DNA of 64,000 bases, taken from positions 288,001 to 352,000 of the forward strand of contig CAVRZA010000006.1 in the NCBI GenBank assembly GCA_963725665.1, read 5' to 3'. Origin of the DNA: an uncultured Actinomycetes bacterium. GTDB taxonomy: Bacteria > Actinomycetota > Thermoleophilia > UBA2241. The notes beneath the pieces were generated by a model. It had not been told where the DNA came from and ran no database searches. It saw only the letters and a list, made by a program, of their open reading frames with translations. Of this stretch, positions 53,864-63,885 are shown piece after piece; the stretch's first letter is position 1, and each line of letters starts with the position of its first letter. Made by a program: the position numbers and the translations under genes.

Positions 53864-54268
53864 TCAGCCGAATCCGAACGGTCCCCACAGGTAGAAGACG
53901 ACCGCGTTCCCGACGCCCGCGGCCAGCGTCATCAGCAGCGCCACGCCTGTGATCCACGCCGATGAAGAGTGCGGCCGTCCGCGCCGGCCCGCAGCGAGCG
54001 CAAGAAGCACCAGCGCCACCGCGTCGGCGGCGCCGACGACGATGTAGATCGCCGGCGTCCAGAGGGTCCGCACCGCCTCATCCGGGTGAGCGAGGAACGC
54101 CCACAGCACGAACGCGAGCGAGGCCATGAGGATGACCAGCGCAGCCACGATGGAACCTCGGCGTGTGCGGCCGACGCGCAGGTTGTGCACGAACAGTTCG
54201 AGCGTCAGCAGCGGCCCCAGCCCGATGAGAAGCACAAGCGCGATGACGAGCACTGCGTTGCGTGGCAC
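53864..54268 (-). CDS. Hypothetical membrane protein (about 4 TM segments)
   Basis: Four hydrophobic stretches; plausible codon usage. Confidence 0.6.
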   Translation of the reverse strand: MPRNAVLVIALVLLIGLGPLLTLELFVHNLRVGRTRRGSIVAALVILMASLAFVLWAFLAHPDEAVRTLWTPAIYIVVGAADAVALVLLALAAGRRGRPHSSSAWITGVALLMTLAAGVGNAVVFYLWGPFGFG

Positions 54269-54468
54269 GGTACCCCCGTCGGTAGCCTGCGGTCGTCGGA
54301 CCCGCGAGCACTGACGCAATACTACAGGAGGCCGGCAGGGGCGACGCGAGGTTCCCCGGCCCGCGGAACGTTGGCGCCTCATGGCCCCAAGCGCCGTCCC
54401 TCGTCGCCACATGACGCAGACCGCTTATGCAGCGATGGGCACGACGTCGCCGCGCGCGCAGTGAAGAG

Positions 54469-55733
54469 GTGGCGGGCAGTGCGGGAGTTACACCCGCCTA
54501 CGTGATCCAGAATCCTCCTAAACTCATAAGAGATACGGTGAGCGGGTCTTTTCGAGCCTAGAAGCGCAGATTAGGGGAGGCAAACCGGCCTGCGCTGAGC
54601 CTACTGTCAAACACCTCGTCAAACACCTAGACGCGCTACGCGCGGCCAGTCCGTCCCTCCGCAACGGGCAGCGGCGCTTCATCAGGGCAAGCGGCTATGC
54701 CCCGTCGAGTCCCTTAGGGGCGGCGGGAGGCTCGGCCGGGCGGCCTTGCTCGTCAGCGGGAGGTCGTCAGACGACTGGACGCTCACCTGTGTTGTCGCGG
54801 CGGGGCGTCTATGCAGTTGGAGGCGGCGTCGTCGTGACTGGCAGTCACCTGCGATTCTGCGCCCTTAGGACCAGCAGGCCTATGCCAAGCATGACCACGA
54901 GGGCGACCAGAATGATGAGGGGTCCTATGATTCCGCCTCCTATGTCCGTCGTCTTGGTCAGCTTAGCAGACGGTGGGTCATGACCGGATTGGCCCCCTAC
55001 CCGCCCGCGCCCTGGCCCCTGCGCTCACCCGTGCCGTCGTGGCGGTCGCCTGCTGGAGCCGGAGGCGGGCCGATGGTGGTGGCTATCTTCGCCGCTTCCT
55101 ATCGAGCGCGACCACGGCAGCGATGCCGGTACACAGGAGAGCCGAGAAACCAGTCGAGCCAGCCGGAGAAGACCACAGACGCCCACAGGGACAGCGCCAC
55201 GCACGGGTCCCCCTAGAGCTGCCGCCGGAGCCACGCGGGGTCAGTCTCTTTCCTGAGTAGCGACCTCGGCCCACTTGGCGTCGGAGATGACGCCCGAGGT
55301 GTCGAGTTCGCGTCGGTCCAGTTCACGCTGTTCGTCCATGTCACCTCCCTCGCGCGATGAAGCCGAGCGCGCCGCCCGCAGCGAAGGCGAGGACGCCGAA
55401 GAACGGGAGGGCGAAGATGGTCATGAGGCTATTCCACTGGGTCGTCGTTCGATGGTCATGGGGCTATTCCTCTAGGTCGCGGTTGGCATCGTCGGGCGGC
55501 GGCACGATGGGGAGCTGGATGCGGAGCCTCACGCCCACCGGGGCTACGGGACAGCGGCACCGAGGCAATCGGCGTCGGCCTGAAGATGAAGAGCTACGAG
55601 GGTTGGCCGAAGACAGCGCCGGACGAGTGGTGTCTTGAGTTCGTCGAGCAGGCGACCTGACAAAGGTAGGAGGGCGGCTGTCTATCCGCGGAGTAAGAAA
55701 GTGGCGGGGAGTGCGGGAGTTACACCCGCCTAC
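54469..55733. mobile_element. ~1.2-kb remnant of an element integrated at the tRNA-Pyl 3' end
   Basis: 33-bp direct repeat 54469-54501 vs 55701-55733 (one mismatch); tandem GTCAAACACCT; only tiny ORFs (55241-55339, 55341-55424); no integrase. Confidence 0.8.
54606..54628 (+). repeat. Tandem 11-bp direct repeat, possible integrase arm-type sites
   Basis: GTCAAACACCT-c-GTCAAACACCT about 105 bp inside the att-like repeat. Confidence 0.55.
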
Positions 55734-55774
55734 ATGGATTTAGAGTCCATGCTGATCTTTCCGATCGACCCCCC
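55702..55774 (-). tRNA. pylT: tRNA-Pyl (anticodon CUA)
   Basis: GGGGGGU C GAUC GGAAA GAUC AG CAUGGA CUCUAAA UCCAUG UAG GCGGG UGUAACU CCCGC ACUCCCC G CCA: one base between acceptor and D stems, small D loop, 6-bp anticodon stem, 3-nt variable loop, no UUC; follows pylD. Confidence 0.97.
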
Positions 55775-55828
55775 GCGGTGCTCCATTGTACGCCTCAAAG
55801 CAGTGACGGCCGCCATGGCGCCCCTCTG

Positions 55829-56638
55829 CTACCGCAACCCCTCGAGTGCCATGGTCACAACGCCCAGGGCGAGCGGCTCGTGTATGTGGCGCTCGCCGAG
55901 AGCGGCGGCCGTTTCCAGACCCGCCGCCGGCGGGATCCCGGGGGCCGATACGATGCTGTCCGGAGTCACCCACTCTGCGGGGATGAGGTCGCCCACGGGG
56001 GCGGCGTCGAGGACCAGGTGACTGCGGGCGAGACCCTCGGCGAGTTCTACGGGTTGCAGACCGAGCTCCCGCGACACTCGCGCGAGCCGCGCGCGGTCGG
56101 GGTCGGCGGCGAGGGCGGTGGCGCCAAGCGCCACCGCCCTCGCCGCCGCGGTGCTGCCGACCGGACCGAGGCCGAGAATCAGAACCTCCTTGCCTCGCAG
56201 GCCCCCCGCTGCGGCGTCGAGCGCGGCGAGGAAGGCGCGCCCCGTCGCCTCACCGTTGTCGGAGCACACGCCGGTCGTGATATTGAGTGCGATGAAGCGC
56301 TCCTCGTCGGCCGCGAACACAAGCCGGGCGCCAGCCTCGGCGGCCTCGGCGAGGCCGGAAATGTCCGGATGCGCGGTCACCCAGGCATCGCAGCCCACGT
56401 GTCGGCAGATGCTGGCCACCGACTCAGAGAACCCTGAGATGAAGCCCTGGCCAGCGGAGATCGGCAGAGCGACCACCGGGGCATCCCTGAGGCGTTCGTC
56501 GGCCTCGTCCGACCGCAGATCCAGCGCGTGCGCGGCGATGGCCGCCAGACCGAGCCCGGTGGCACGCGCGAGCCGCTCATCGAGCCCAGCGACGCCGTCG
56601 GGCAGCCAGCGCACGTCGTCCTCCGTCAACCTCGTCAT
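55829..56638 (-). CDS. pylD: Pyrrolysine synthase
   Basis: MTRLT, P.SAGQG.I.GF, D..G, ADE.RF, NGEATG, GLGPVG, PG.P, HEPLALGV. Confidence 0.93.
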   Translation of the reverse strand: MTRLTEDDVRWLPDGVAGLDERLARATGLGLAAIAAHALDLRSDEADERLRDAPVVALPISAGQGFISGFSESVASICRHVGCDAWVTAHPDISGLAEAAEAGARLVFAADEERFIALNITTGVCSDNGEATGRAFLAALDAAAGGLRGKEVLILGLGPVGSTAAARAVALGATALAADPDRARLARVSRELGLQPVELAEGLARSHLVLDAAPVGDLIPAEWVTPDSIVSAPGIPPAAGLETAAALGERHIHEPLALGVVTMALEGLR

Positions 56639-56696
56639 CCGACGCCCCCCGCTCCTTTCGCGGTCCCTGCTCGAGCCGTGGACGATCCCCTGCGGG

Positions 56697-57914
56697 TCAT
56701 GGCTGTCCACCGCTCGCCACAGTCGCTGACCGAACCCCATGGGGGTTGACCTCAGGAAGCAGCCGCAACCCGCACTCCTCCGCGATGCGCGCCTCGACGT
56801 CGTGGGTGCGGCGGCGCGCCTCTGCGACATCGCCGCCGCGCACGATCAGGGTCGCCACCCACTCCCGCTCGCCCCCGTCGAAGTCCGTCATCGCCTCGTC
56901 GGCGCCGAAGAAGCCTTTGACAAGCTGCAAAGGCGGCGCGGAACCCATGACGTGCTCCCCCACCACCTGCAGCGCGTCTTCGCGGGCGCGCACGTGCTCG
57001 TAGACGACCCCGCGCAGTACGCGCCGGTTCGGTTCCGGTACGGCGCCGGTCGCGAAGGCCGCGACCAGCAGTTCGAGGAGATTGACGTCGTAAGCGTGCA
57101 GCACCGCGGCCGGCGTCTGGCTGGGAAGCCGGGCGTCGATCTCGATGACCTTCGCCTCACGTCCGGCGATCATCACCTCGACGTCCATGATGCCGCTCAG
57201 CCGCAGCTTCGCCGCAAGCCGTTCGCCGCTGTCGGCGAGCGACGCCAGCGCCTCCTCGACGACGTCCGCGTAGAACGCGTCCCCGGCAACCGGAGCCGTG
57301 ACACGCTTGCAGTCGAAGGCGTCGTCGAACTCGAGACCCGTGACCAGACACGGCACCGACCTGCCCTCGAGCGCCAGCACCTCGATGGAGAGCGAGGGGC
57401 CGGCCACGAACTCCTCGACGACGACCTCGTGGCCGGCCCGCTCGAGGTCGAGCCGGGCCTCCTCGAGCTCGCGCTCACTTGCCGCCACGCGCACTCCCTC
57501 GCTGCCGCTGGCGGCGCTCGGCTTGACCACCGCCGGCAGGCCGCACACCGGCCAGGGCAAAGGGGCCGGCACACCTAGCTCGCGCATGAGGTCGTTGGAG
57601 GCCGCCTTCGACGAGGTCACGCGATACGCCGACAGATCGAAAAGCAGCGGTACGCCGAGGTCTGGAGCGAGCCGCGCCAGCCTCTCGAGCGCCGCGTCGT
57701 CCTCACAGGCCGGCAAGACGGCGTCGCAGGAAGCCAGGAGCTCACGCGCCAGCGCCTCGTCACGCGTGACGTCGAGGAGGTGGCTCTCGGTGGCGAGGCC
57801 GGTGGCGGGACGTCCCTCGCGACGGTCGATCAGGACGGTCTCAAAGCCGGCCTTCAGGCCGAGGTAGCAGGCCTCCGTGCCCTGAAGCTTGCCACCGACT
57901 ACTCCGAGACGCAT
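56697..57914 (-). CDS. pylC: 3-methylornithine--L-lysine ligase (ATP-grasp)
   Basis: VGGKLQG.EA.YL, PA.E, AY...SSK, KP...SGS.GV, DCKRV, EIDARLPSQTP. Confidence 0.95.
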   Translation of the reverse strand: MRLGVVGGKLQGTEACYLGLKAGFETVLIDRREGRPATGLATESHLLDVTRDEALARELLASCDAVLPACEDDAALERLARLAPDLGVPLLFDLSAYRVTSSKAASNDLMRELGVPAPLPWPVCGLPAVVKPSAASGSEGVRVAASERELEEARLDLERAGHEVVVEEFVAGPSLSIEVLALEGRSVPCLVTGLEFDDAFDCKRVTAPVAGDAFYADVVEEALASLADSGERLAAKLRLSGIMDVEVMIAGREAKVIEIDARLPSQTPAAVLHAYDVNLLELLVAAFATGAVPEPNRRVLRGVVYEHVRAREDALQVVGEHVMGSAPPLQLVKGFFGADEAMTDFDGGEREWVATLIVRGGDVAEARRRTHDVEARIAEECGLRLLPEVNPHGVRSATVASGGQP

Positions 57915-57936
57915 GGACCTGCCTTTCGCGGCCGCC

Positions 57937-59028
57937 TCAGACCGCGATCGAGGCCATCTGGCGCGCTTTGGTGGCGTCCACCCACTCGCCGTACTCGGCG
58001 GCGTCGGCGGCCTCGAGCCCTAGAGCCGGCAGGTGCTCGGTGACGCCGGCGACGCTACGCAGACCGGCGTCGATGTCGAGCTCCGACTGCGAGACGCCGC
58101 ACAGGCCCGACGAGGGCGGCACGAGCGAGGTGACGACGCTGGCGCCGGCCTCGAGGCGCGCCTCGAGGCCGGCGATGCCCTCGACGTCGAGCGAGGCCGG
58201 GATAAGGCGTTCGGGCATCACGAGGCGCATGCATGCGATCACGAGCTGCTCCTCGAGCACACCGACGCTCGTGAGCCCCGCGAGCGGCGTGCCCGGCTGG
58301 GGCACGAAGCTCATGACCCGCACCTGGGCGAGCGGCTGGCGGCGCATCTCGAGGATCGAGTTGGCGCGGTCGGCGAAGGTCTCACCGACGCCGATGAGGA
58401 TGCCGTCTTCGACGAGGAGGCCCGAGCGCGCCGCCGCGCTGCGCGCGGCGGCGCGCTCGTCGTAATCCTGCCGTAGCCGAAGGCGCGCGTAGAGGTCGCG
58501 CGTGTGCGTCTCCTGGTAGCATGCGTACCAATCGGCGCCGACGGCCGCCAGCTGGGCGAGGACGTCGTCGGGGACGACGCCCGGAGAGACCATGACCGGC
58601 AGGCCGACCTCGCGCCTCACCGTCGCCACGAGGTCGACGAGAGCGCTGAAATCGCGCGCATCGTGGATCAGGGGATCCTCGCCCATGGTGAGGTCGAGGA
58701 GGTGCACACCCGAGTCCGCCAGATCGCGGCATACGGCGACCACCTCAGCGACCGACTTGCGGTAGCGCGGGCTCTCGGTGTTGTCGCGGCGGTAGAAGCA
58801 GAACGTGCACCAGTTGCGGCAGTACGTCGAGAAGTAGACGAAGCCGTAGAGGAAGACGCGGTGGCCGAAGTTCTCCTCACGCGCCGCGCGCGCGGCCGAG
58901 AACACCGCCTCGGCATCCTCACGCGAATCGATGCCCAGCAGACGCTCGAGCTCGCGAGGTGCGAGATCCTGGCCGCAACGAGCGCGCTCGAGGATGTGAA
59001 CGATCTCGGGGGAGGCCGACCGGGTCAT
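57937..59028 (-). CDS. pylB: Methylornithine synthase (radical SAM)
   Basis: YGFVYFSTYCRNWCTFCFYR, SGVHL.DLTMGEDP, YQET, MSFVPQ.GTP, IPASLDVEG. Confidence 0.96.
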   Translation of the reverse strand: MTRSASPEIVHILERARCGQDLAPRELERLLGIDSREDAEAVFSAARAAREENFGHRVFLYGFVYFSTYCRNWCTFCFYRRDNTESPRYRKSVAEVVAVCRDLADSGVHLLDLTMGEDPLIHDARDFSALVDLVATVRREVGLPVMVSPGVVPDDVLAQLAAVGADWYACYQETHTRDLYARLRLRQDYDERAAARSAAARSGLLVEDGILIGVGETFADRANSILEMRRQPLAQVRVMSFVPQPGTPLAGLTSVGVLEEQLVIACMRLVMPERLIPASLDVEGIAGLEARLEAGASVVTSLVPPSSGLCGVSQSELDIDAGLRSVAGVTEHLPALGLEAADAAEYGEWVDATKARQMASIAV

Positions 59029-59040
59029 CGTCCGGCCACT

Positions 59041-59667
59041 TTACCTGAACTCGAGCACGTCGTCGATGGGCAGACGCTTGCTGCGGCGGAGCGGACCGGC
59101 GGGACGCCCGAGCGGCACTAGAGCCACGATCTGGGCGGGCGGCTCGACGCCGAGGAGCTGCTCGAGCTCCGGCGCGGCGATGACGGGCGCCGTCATCCAG
59201 CAGGTGCCGTAGCCCATCGTGTGCGCGGCCGTGCAGAGGAGCTGCACGGCCGCGCCGATGCTCTGCAGGTCCGGCCGCGCGCGCAGCCGGTCGCGCTCCT
59301 CAGCCGTGTAGCCGGCCTTCAGCAGCAGCTCATCGCCGCGGGAGATGTACGGCAGGCCGAGCACGACGACGGTCATCGGCGCCTCGGCGAAGAACGTGGA
59401 GTAGCCCCTCATGCCGTGCGTCTTGGCAGCCTCGCCGCGGAGCGAGGGCCAGGCGGCGATCTCGTCGAGCTTGGCGGCCACGGTCTCACCCATGCGGTGC
59501 AGGAGGTCGCGGTCGTCGACGGCGATGAAACGCCACACCTGCTTGTTGCCGGCGTTGGCCGCTCGCGTAGCGAGCGATATCATCCGGCGCACGTCCTCAC
59601 GAGGAACCGGATCGCTCGTGAAGCGACGCACGCTGCGCCGACCCTCGACCGCGTCCGCGAAGGTCAT
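59041..59667 (-). CDS. Nitroreductase family flavoprotein
   Basis: RRSVRRF, A.NAGNKQ.WRF, G.GTCW; ends 12 nt before pylB. Confidence 0.88.
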   Translation of the reverse strand: MTFADAVEGRRSVRRFTSDPVPREDVRRMISLATRAANAGNKQVWRFIAVDDRDLLHRMGETVAAKLDEIAAWPSLRGEAAKTHGMRGYSTFFAEAPMTVVVLGLPYISRGDELLLKAGYTAEERDRLRARPDLQSIGAAVQLLCTAAHTMGYGTCWMTAPVIAAPELEQLLGVEPPAQIVALVPLGRPAGPLRRSKRLPIDDVLEFR

Positions 59668-59783
59668 GGCGTCGGATGTCTTTGCGCGTCGGAGCATGGC
59701 GAGGTGTGCCCTCCCGATGGATGGTAGCAGAGTCGGGCGTCGGCCTGCGCGCCGCTAGCGCGGTCCGTCACGTACCGCAACCT

Positions 59784-59829
59784 GCGGGGGGCGGGTGGGC
59801 GCCGCTCACGGCGCCCACCCGCCCCCCGC
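59784..59829. terminator. 20-bp inverted repeat after moaD
   Basis: gcggggggcgggtgggcgcc-gctcac-ggcgcccacccgccccccgc. Confidence 0.65.
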
Positions 59830-59865
59830 CCCCCGGCAGCGCCACTGAGGGTCACGTGCCGCCGA

Positions 59866-60132
59866 TCAGCCTCCGGAGATCGGCGGCACGATGTTCAGCT
59901 TGTCGCCGTCGTTCAGCGGCGTGTCGAGCCCCTGCAGGGCGCGGATGTTCTTGCCGTTGAGGAAGACGCCGACCCACATCTTGTCGTCCTTGAAGATGCG
60001 CGGGCCGAGCCGGGGCTCACGGCGGATGAGGTCATCGAGGGCCTCGCGCACCGTCGCGCCCTCGCACTCCAGTTCCTTCTGCCCCTCGGGATAGGTGAGC
60101 CCGATGGGCAGCTTGAGCAGCGCCTTCGCCAT
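59866..60132 (-). CDS. MoaD/ThiS-like sulfur carrier
   Basis: Beta-grasp size, NG.NI..L.GLDT.L..GD, C-terminal PPISGG. Confidence 0.9.
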   Translation of the reverse strand: MAKALLKLPIGLTYPEGQKELECEGATVREALDDLIRREPRLGPRIFKDDKMWVGVFLNGKNIRALQGLDTPLNDGDKLNIVPPISGG

Positions 60133-60133
60133 G

Positions 60134-60586
60134 TCAGACGGTCACCGCCTCGTCGGCCTTGTCGGCCTTCTGCGTGACGGCCAGCACGTGCGGGTTCTGG
60201 CAGAAGGCGACGCACTGCGGATCGCCGTCGCAGAGGTCGCACTTGAAGGCCTTGTTGCTCTGCGGGTGGATATGCATGACGTCCCAGGGACAGACGGGCA
60301 CGCACTGCGGCCCCTCGGCGATGTCGGCGCAGGCGTTGCACTTGGCCTCGTCGACGTAGAGCACGCCGCCCCTGGTGAAGATGGCCTCGTGCGGGCAGAC
60401 GTCCTGGCACTTATGGCAGGCCGTCTGCACGCAGGTCTGGCCCTTGATCACGCCCGTCGTCGGATTGACGATCACGTTGAGGCGGGCCAGCGACGGCTGA
60501 TAGACACCCTCGTGCCAGGCCGAGCAGGCGAGCTCGCACATGTGGCAGCCGGTGCACTTCTTCTTCGAGATCAACACATGCGGCAT
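60134..60586 (-). CDS. 4Fe-4S dicluster subunit of AOR, copy 2
   Basis: Protein identical to 16465-16914 except the last few residues. Confidence 0.92.
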   Translation of the reverse strand: MPHVLISKKKCTGCHMCELACSAWHEGVYQPSLARLNVIVNPTTGVIKGQTCVQTACHKCQDVCPHEAIFTRGGVLYVDEAKCNACADIAEGPQCVPVCPWDVMHIHPQSNKAFKCDLCDGDPQCVAFCQNPHVLAVTQKADKADEAVTV

Positions 60587-60710
60587 GGTTCTCCCTTTCC
60601 CTCGCGAGCCGGGCCTAGAGGCGGACGTCGACGCCGAGCGCGGCCAGCTTGGCCTCGCTCGGCACGCCCTTCTCGTCCCACCCGCGCAGGCTGTAGTACT
60701 CCTGCAGGGC
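60151..60710 (-). repeat. Right copy of ~560-bp inverted repeat
   Basis: Reverse complement of 16340-16900. Confidence 0.93.
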
Positions 60711-62408
60711 CTCACTGAAGCCGGCGCTGGTCTGGGCCTTGCCGGCTGACGGGCCGTCGGCGAACGGCTGGTCAAGCAGCTTCGCCGGCACCGTGTCGGC
60801 CTCGACGCCCTCGCGCAGGTTGAAGAGGCGGCCGAGGTTCCAGATGCGCTCGCCGATCTTCAGGAGCTCCTCCTCCTTGAACTCGCGCGGCCAAACATGC
60901 TTGAGGACCTGCCCCGCCTGATCCGGGTTGATGGCCCAGAAGTCGCACCAGATCCCGCTGAACTTGACCGAGCTGAAGTTCTGGCCGATGTAGCCGTCGT
61001 CGACGTGGCCGTTGATGCACATCTCGGGCTTCTTCTCCAGCGAATCGGGCGGCAGGTTGCCGCTCAGCACCTCGTCGGCGATGGGGTAGGTGCGCATGTG
61101 ACAGCCGCCGCGATCGGAGGTCGCGTACGACAGGCTCATACCGAAGGCGCCACGCGGGTCGTAGCCGGGCAGCTCGAGGTTCTTGGCCTCCATGGCCAGC
61201 TCGGGGTGTCCGTACTTCGTCGCGAGACCGCGGGCGCCGAGCGCCAGCTCGGCGCCGATACCCGTGCGCGTGGCGATCTGCTCCGGCGCCTTGACGTAGC
61301 TCTCGATCTCGCCGAAGCGCAGACCGAAGTCTTTGACGCCGCGCTCCGTAAGGTCCATCGCCAGAGCGACGACGTCGCCGCACGACATGGTGTCGAGCGC
61401 GTACTCGTCGCACTCGGCGTTGAACTTCATGAGTGCGGCGATATCGCCCACGCCGCAGTTCGCGCCGCAGAGGGCGATCGTCTCGTACTCCGGGCCCTCG
61501 CCCTTTACGTCATCGACCTCGTGCCACTGGCGACAGGCGATAGCGCACTGGTAGCAGGCCCTGTTCCTGGTCTTGATCTTCTGGAAGGCGTCCGAGTTGA
61601 TGTTCTCCATCTCCTCGAACGAGCCCGCCGTCCAGTTACGGGTGGGGATGCAGCCGGCATCGCTCATGAGCTGGGAGAGGACGGGCGTGCCCTCCTCGTT
61701 GGCCCATAGGTTGTCGTCGGTCAGCACGTACTCGGCGTGCATGCGACGCATGTCGGCGAGGAAGGCCTTGGCGTCTCCCACCGAGACGGTGCCCGTGCCG
61801 CGGACGGCGATGGCTTTGAGGTTCTTGCTCCCCATGAGCCAGCCGTGACCGCCGCGTCCCGCTTTGTGGTACTGGTCGGTGGAGACGCAGGCCCACGGCA
61901 CGCCGTTCTCGCCGGCAGGCCCGATCGAGGCGACCTTGGCGCCGGCGTCGAAGTCGGCACGCAGCGCAGCCTCGATCTCGGAGGTCTTCATGCCCCAGTA
62001 CTTGGCGGCCGGCCTGAGCTCCACCACGTCGTCCTTGATGCAGACGACCGTCGGCTCGGGTGCGCGACCGATGACGACGATCATGTCGTAGCCGGCGAAC
62101 TTCATCTCGGGCGCGAAGGAGCCGCCCACGTAGCTGTCGTTCAGCATCCCGGTCACGGGGCTCTTGGCACCGATGACCAGGCGCGAGGCCGTGCTGACGT
62201 TGGTCCCCGCTAGCGGGCCGGTCACGAAGAGCATCGGGTTCTCCGGCGCCAGCGGGTCGATGCCGGGCTTGACCTCGTCCCACAGGTAGCGGATAAGGAG
62301 CCCCTTGCCGCCGATGTAGCGCTCCGCCCACTCCATGTTGAGCGGCTCGACCTTGGAGGTACCCGCGCTCAGATCGATCCTGAGCACGTTGCCGGTGTAG
62401 AAATCCAA
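60615..62408 (-). CDS. aor: Aldehyde:ferredoxin oxidoreductase, copy 2
   Basis: Same motifs as copy 1; clearly diverged except the final ~30 codons. Confidence 0.93.
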   Translation of the reverse strand: MDFYTGNVLRIDLSAGTSKVEPLNMEWAERYIGGKGLLIRYLWDEVKPGIDPLAPENPMLFVTGPLAGTNVSTASRLVIGAKSPVTGMLNDSYVGGSFAPEMKFAGYDMIVVIGRAPEPTVVCIKDDVVELRPAAKYWGMKTSEIEAALRADFDAGAKVASIGPAGENGVPWACVSTDQYHKAGRGGHGWLMGSKNLKAIAVRGTGTVSVGDAKAFLADMRRMHAEYVLTDDNLWANEEGTPVLSQLMSDAGCIPTRNWTAGSFEEMENINSDAFQKIKTRNRACYQCAIACRQWHEVDDVKGEGPEYETIALCGANCGVGDIAALMKFNAECDEYALDTMSCGDVVALAMDLTERGVKDFGLRFGEIESYVKAPEQIATRTGIGAELALGARGLATKYGHPELAMEAKNLELPGYDPRGAFGMSLSYATSDRGGCHMRTYPIADEVLSGNLPPDSLEKKPEMCINGHVDDGYIGQNFSSVKFSGIWCDFWAINPDQAGQVLKHVWPREFKEEELLKIGERIWNLGRLFNLREGVEADTVPAKLLDQPFADGPSAGKAQTSAGFSEALQEYYSLRGWDEKGVPSEAKLAALGVDVRL

Positions 62409-62636
62409 GATGCCCTCCTCGTCCTTCGCCCTGGCTCCGTTCGCCCCACGTCGTCGTCGAGACGGTGTGGGAGCGCTGGTTGGTAGGTGTCGCCATTCTA
62501 GCTAAGTGGCCGGTGAGCAGGCAACACGACGGAAATAGGAGCTACGCAGGATGTTCTGCGCCCGCGACGGCGGTGGCCCGCCCGCCCCTCCGCTGGTCGC
62601 GGAGGGCTCGCCAGGCGCGGCGATGCCGGGCCTCGC

Positions 62637-62683
62637 GGGCGCGGGGCGGGGCGGGCCTGTCGGGCTCGCCCCGCCCCGCGCCC
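62637..62683. terminator. GC-rich hairpin after the potD-like gene
   Basis: gggcgcggggcggggcgggcc...ggctcgccccgccccgcgccc. Confidence 0.5.
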
Positions 62684-62715
62684 TCACGACCGCCGTGACG
62701 GCAGCGGCGATGGCG

Positions 62716-63885
62716 TCAGGCGCTCTTCACCTTCGCCCACGCCTGCACGTAGTACGTTTCGAACTCGCCCAGGTCCATGGCGATCTCGCCCTGAGCCCAC
62801 TGCGCGTCGGTCGGTCGCAACGAACGCACGATCGGGTCGTCAATCAAGGCAAATGCCTGCTCGTTGGGCGTCTGGTAGCCGATCCAGGTGCTGTTCTGGG
62901 CCGAGTTCTCGGCTTTGGTCAGGAACTCGATGAAGAGGTGCGCCCCGTAGGGGCTGGCCGCGCTCTTGGGTATGGCCAGGTTGTCGACCCAGAAGTAGGC
63001 GCCCTCGCTGGGCAGCACGTAGTCGAGCTTCTTGGCCCCGATGTCGCGCTTGGCGATGGCGGCGTCGCCGTCGTAGCAGTTCACAAGCGGGACGCCCGAC
63101 GCCATGGTACGCGGCAGGCCCGAGGCCTCGTACTTGAGCACCAGCGGCTTCTGCTCGATCAGCTTCGCCGTCGCCTCGTCGACCTGCTTCGGGTCGGTGG
63201 TGTTGAGCGAGTAGCCGAGGTACAGGAGGGTCTGCCCGATGCAGGTCCGCTCGGCGTTCAGCATCGTGATCTTGCCCTTGTTCGCCGGGTCCCACATGGT
63301 GTCCCAACTCGTGACCGGCGTGCTGATGACGTCGGTGCGCACGCCGATGCCGGCGGTGCCGTACATGTAGGGCACCGAGTACTTGAGACCGTCCTGCTGG
63401 GAGGGGTCGTCGAAGACCGGCTTCTGCAGCGGGGTGAGGATCTGCGAGAAGCTCGGGATGTGCTCCATGTGGAGCGGTTGCAGCATGTCCGACTTGCGGA
63501 AGATCGAGACGAGGTAGCCGCCCGGACAGATGAGGTCGTAGCCTCCCTGCCCCGCCTTGAGCTTGCCGAACAGGTCGTCGTTCGAGTCGAAGAACGAGTC
63601 GACGACCGTGATGCCCGTCTCCTGCTTGAACTTCTTCTTGAGGGCGGGATCGATGTAGTCGGCCCAGTTGAAGAAATAGATCTTGTCGGGCGTCGTCGTG
63701 TCCAAGGCGGCCGGCGAAGCCGACGCCGACGCGGTGGTCGTGGTGCCGCTCGTGCTACCGCATGCGGCCAGCACGGTGCCGATCACCGACGCCGAGAGCC
63801 CCAGCGCCAGTGCCCGCTCCATGAACTGGCGCCGGCTCAGGCGCCCGTCTCGCAGCTCCGCGACGAGCCCTTCGAGGTCGTTCAT
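62716..63885 (-). CDS. PotD/PotF-like lipoprotein with Tat-like signal
   Basis: SRRQFM, LAAC, FNWADY, SVPY.YG..G, WVDNLAIPK. Confidence 0.92.
   Translation of the reverse strand: MNDLEGLVAELRDGRLSRRQFMERALALGLSASVIGTVLAACGSTSGTTTTASASASPAALDTTTPDKIYFFNWADYIDPALKKKFKQETGITVVDSFFDSNDDLFGKLKAGQGGYDLICPGGYLVSIFRKSDMLQPLHMEHIPSFSQILTPLQKPVFDDPSQQDGLKYSVPYMYGTAGIGVRTDVISTPVTSWDTMWDPANKGKITMLNAERTCIGQTLLYLGYSLNTTDPKQVDEATAKLIEQKPLVLKYEASGLPRTMASGVPLVNCYDGDAAIAKRDIGAKKLDYVLPSEGAYFWVDNLAIPKSAASPYGAHLFIEFLTKAENSAQNSTWIGYQTPNEQAFALIDDPIVRSLRPTDAQWAQGEIAMDLGEFETYYVQAWAKVKSA

Noticed and set aside
54469-54545. Second tRNA-Pyl gene
   Set aside because: Only the 3' 33 nt match; there is no anticodon arm, D arm or acceptor 5' strand
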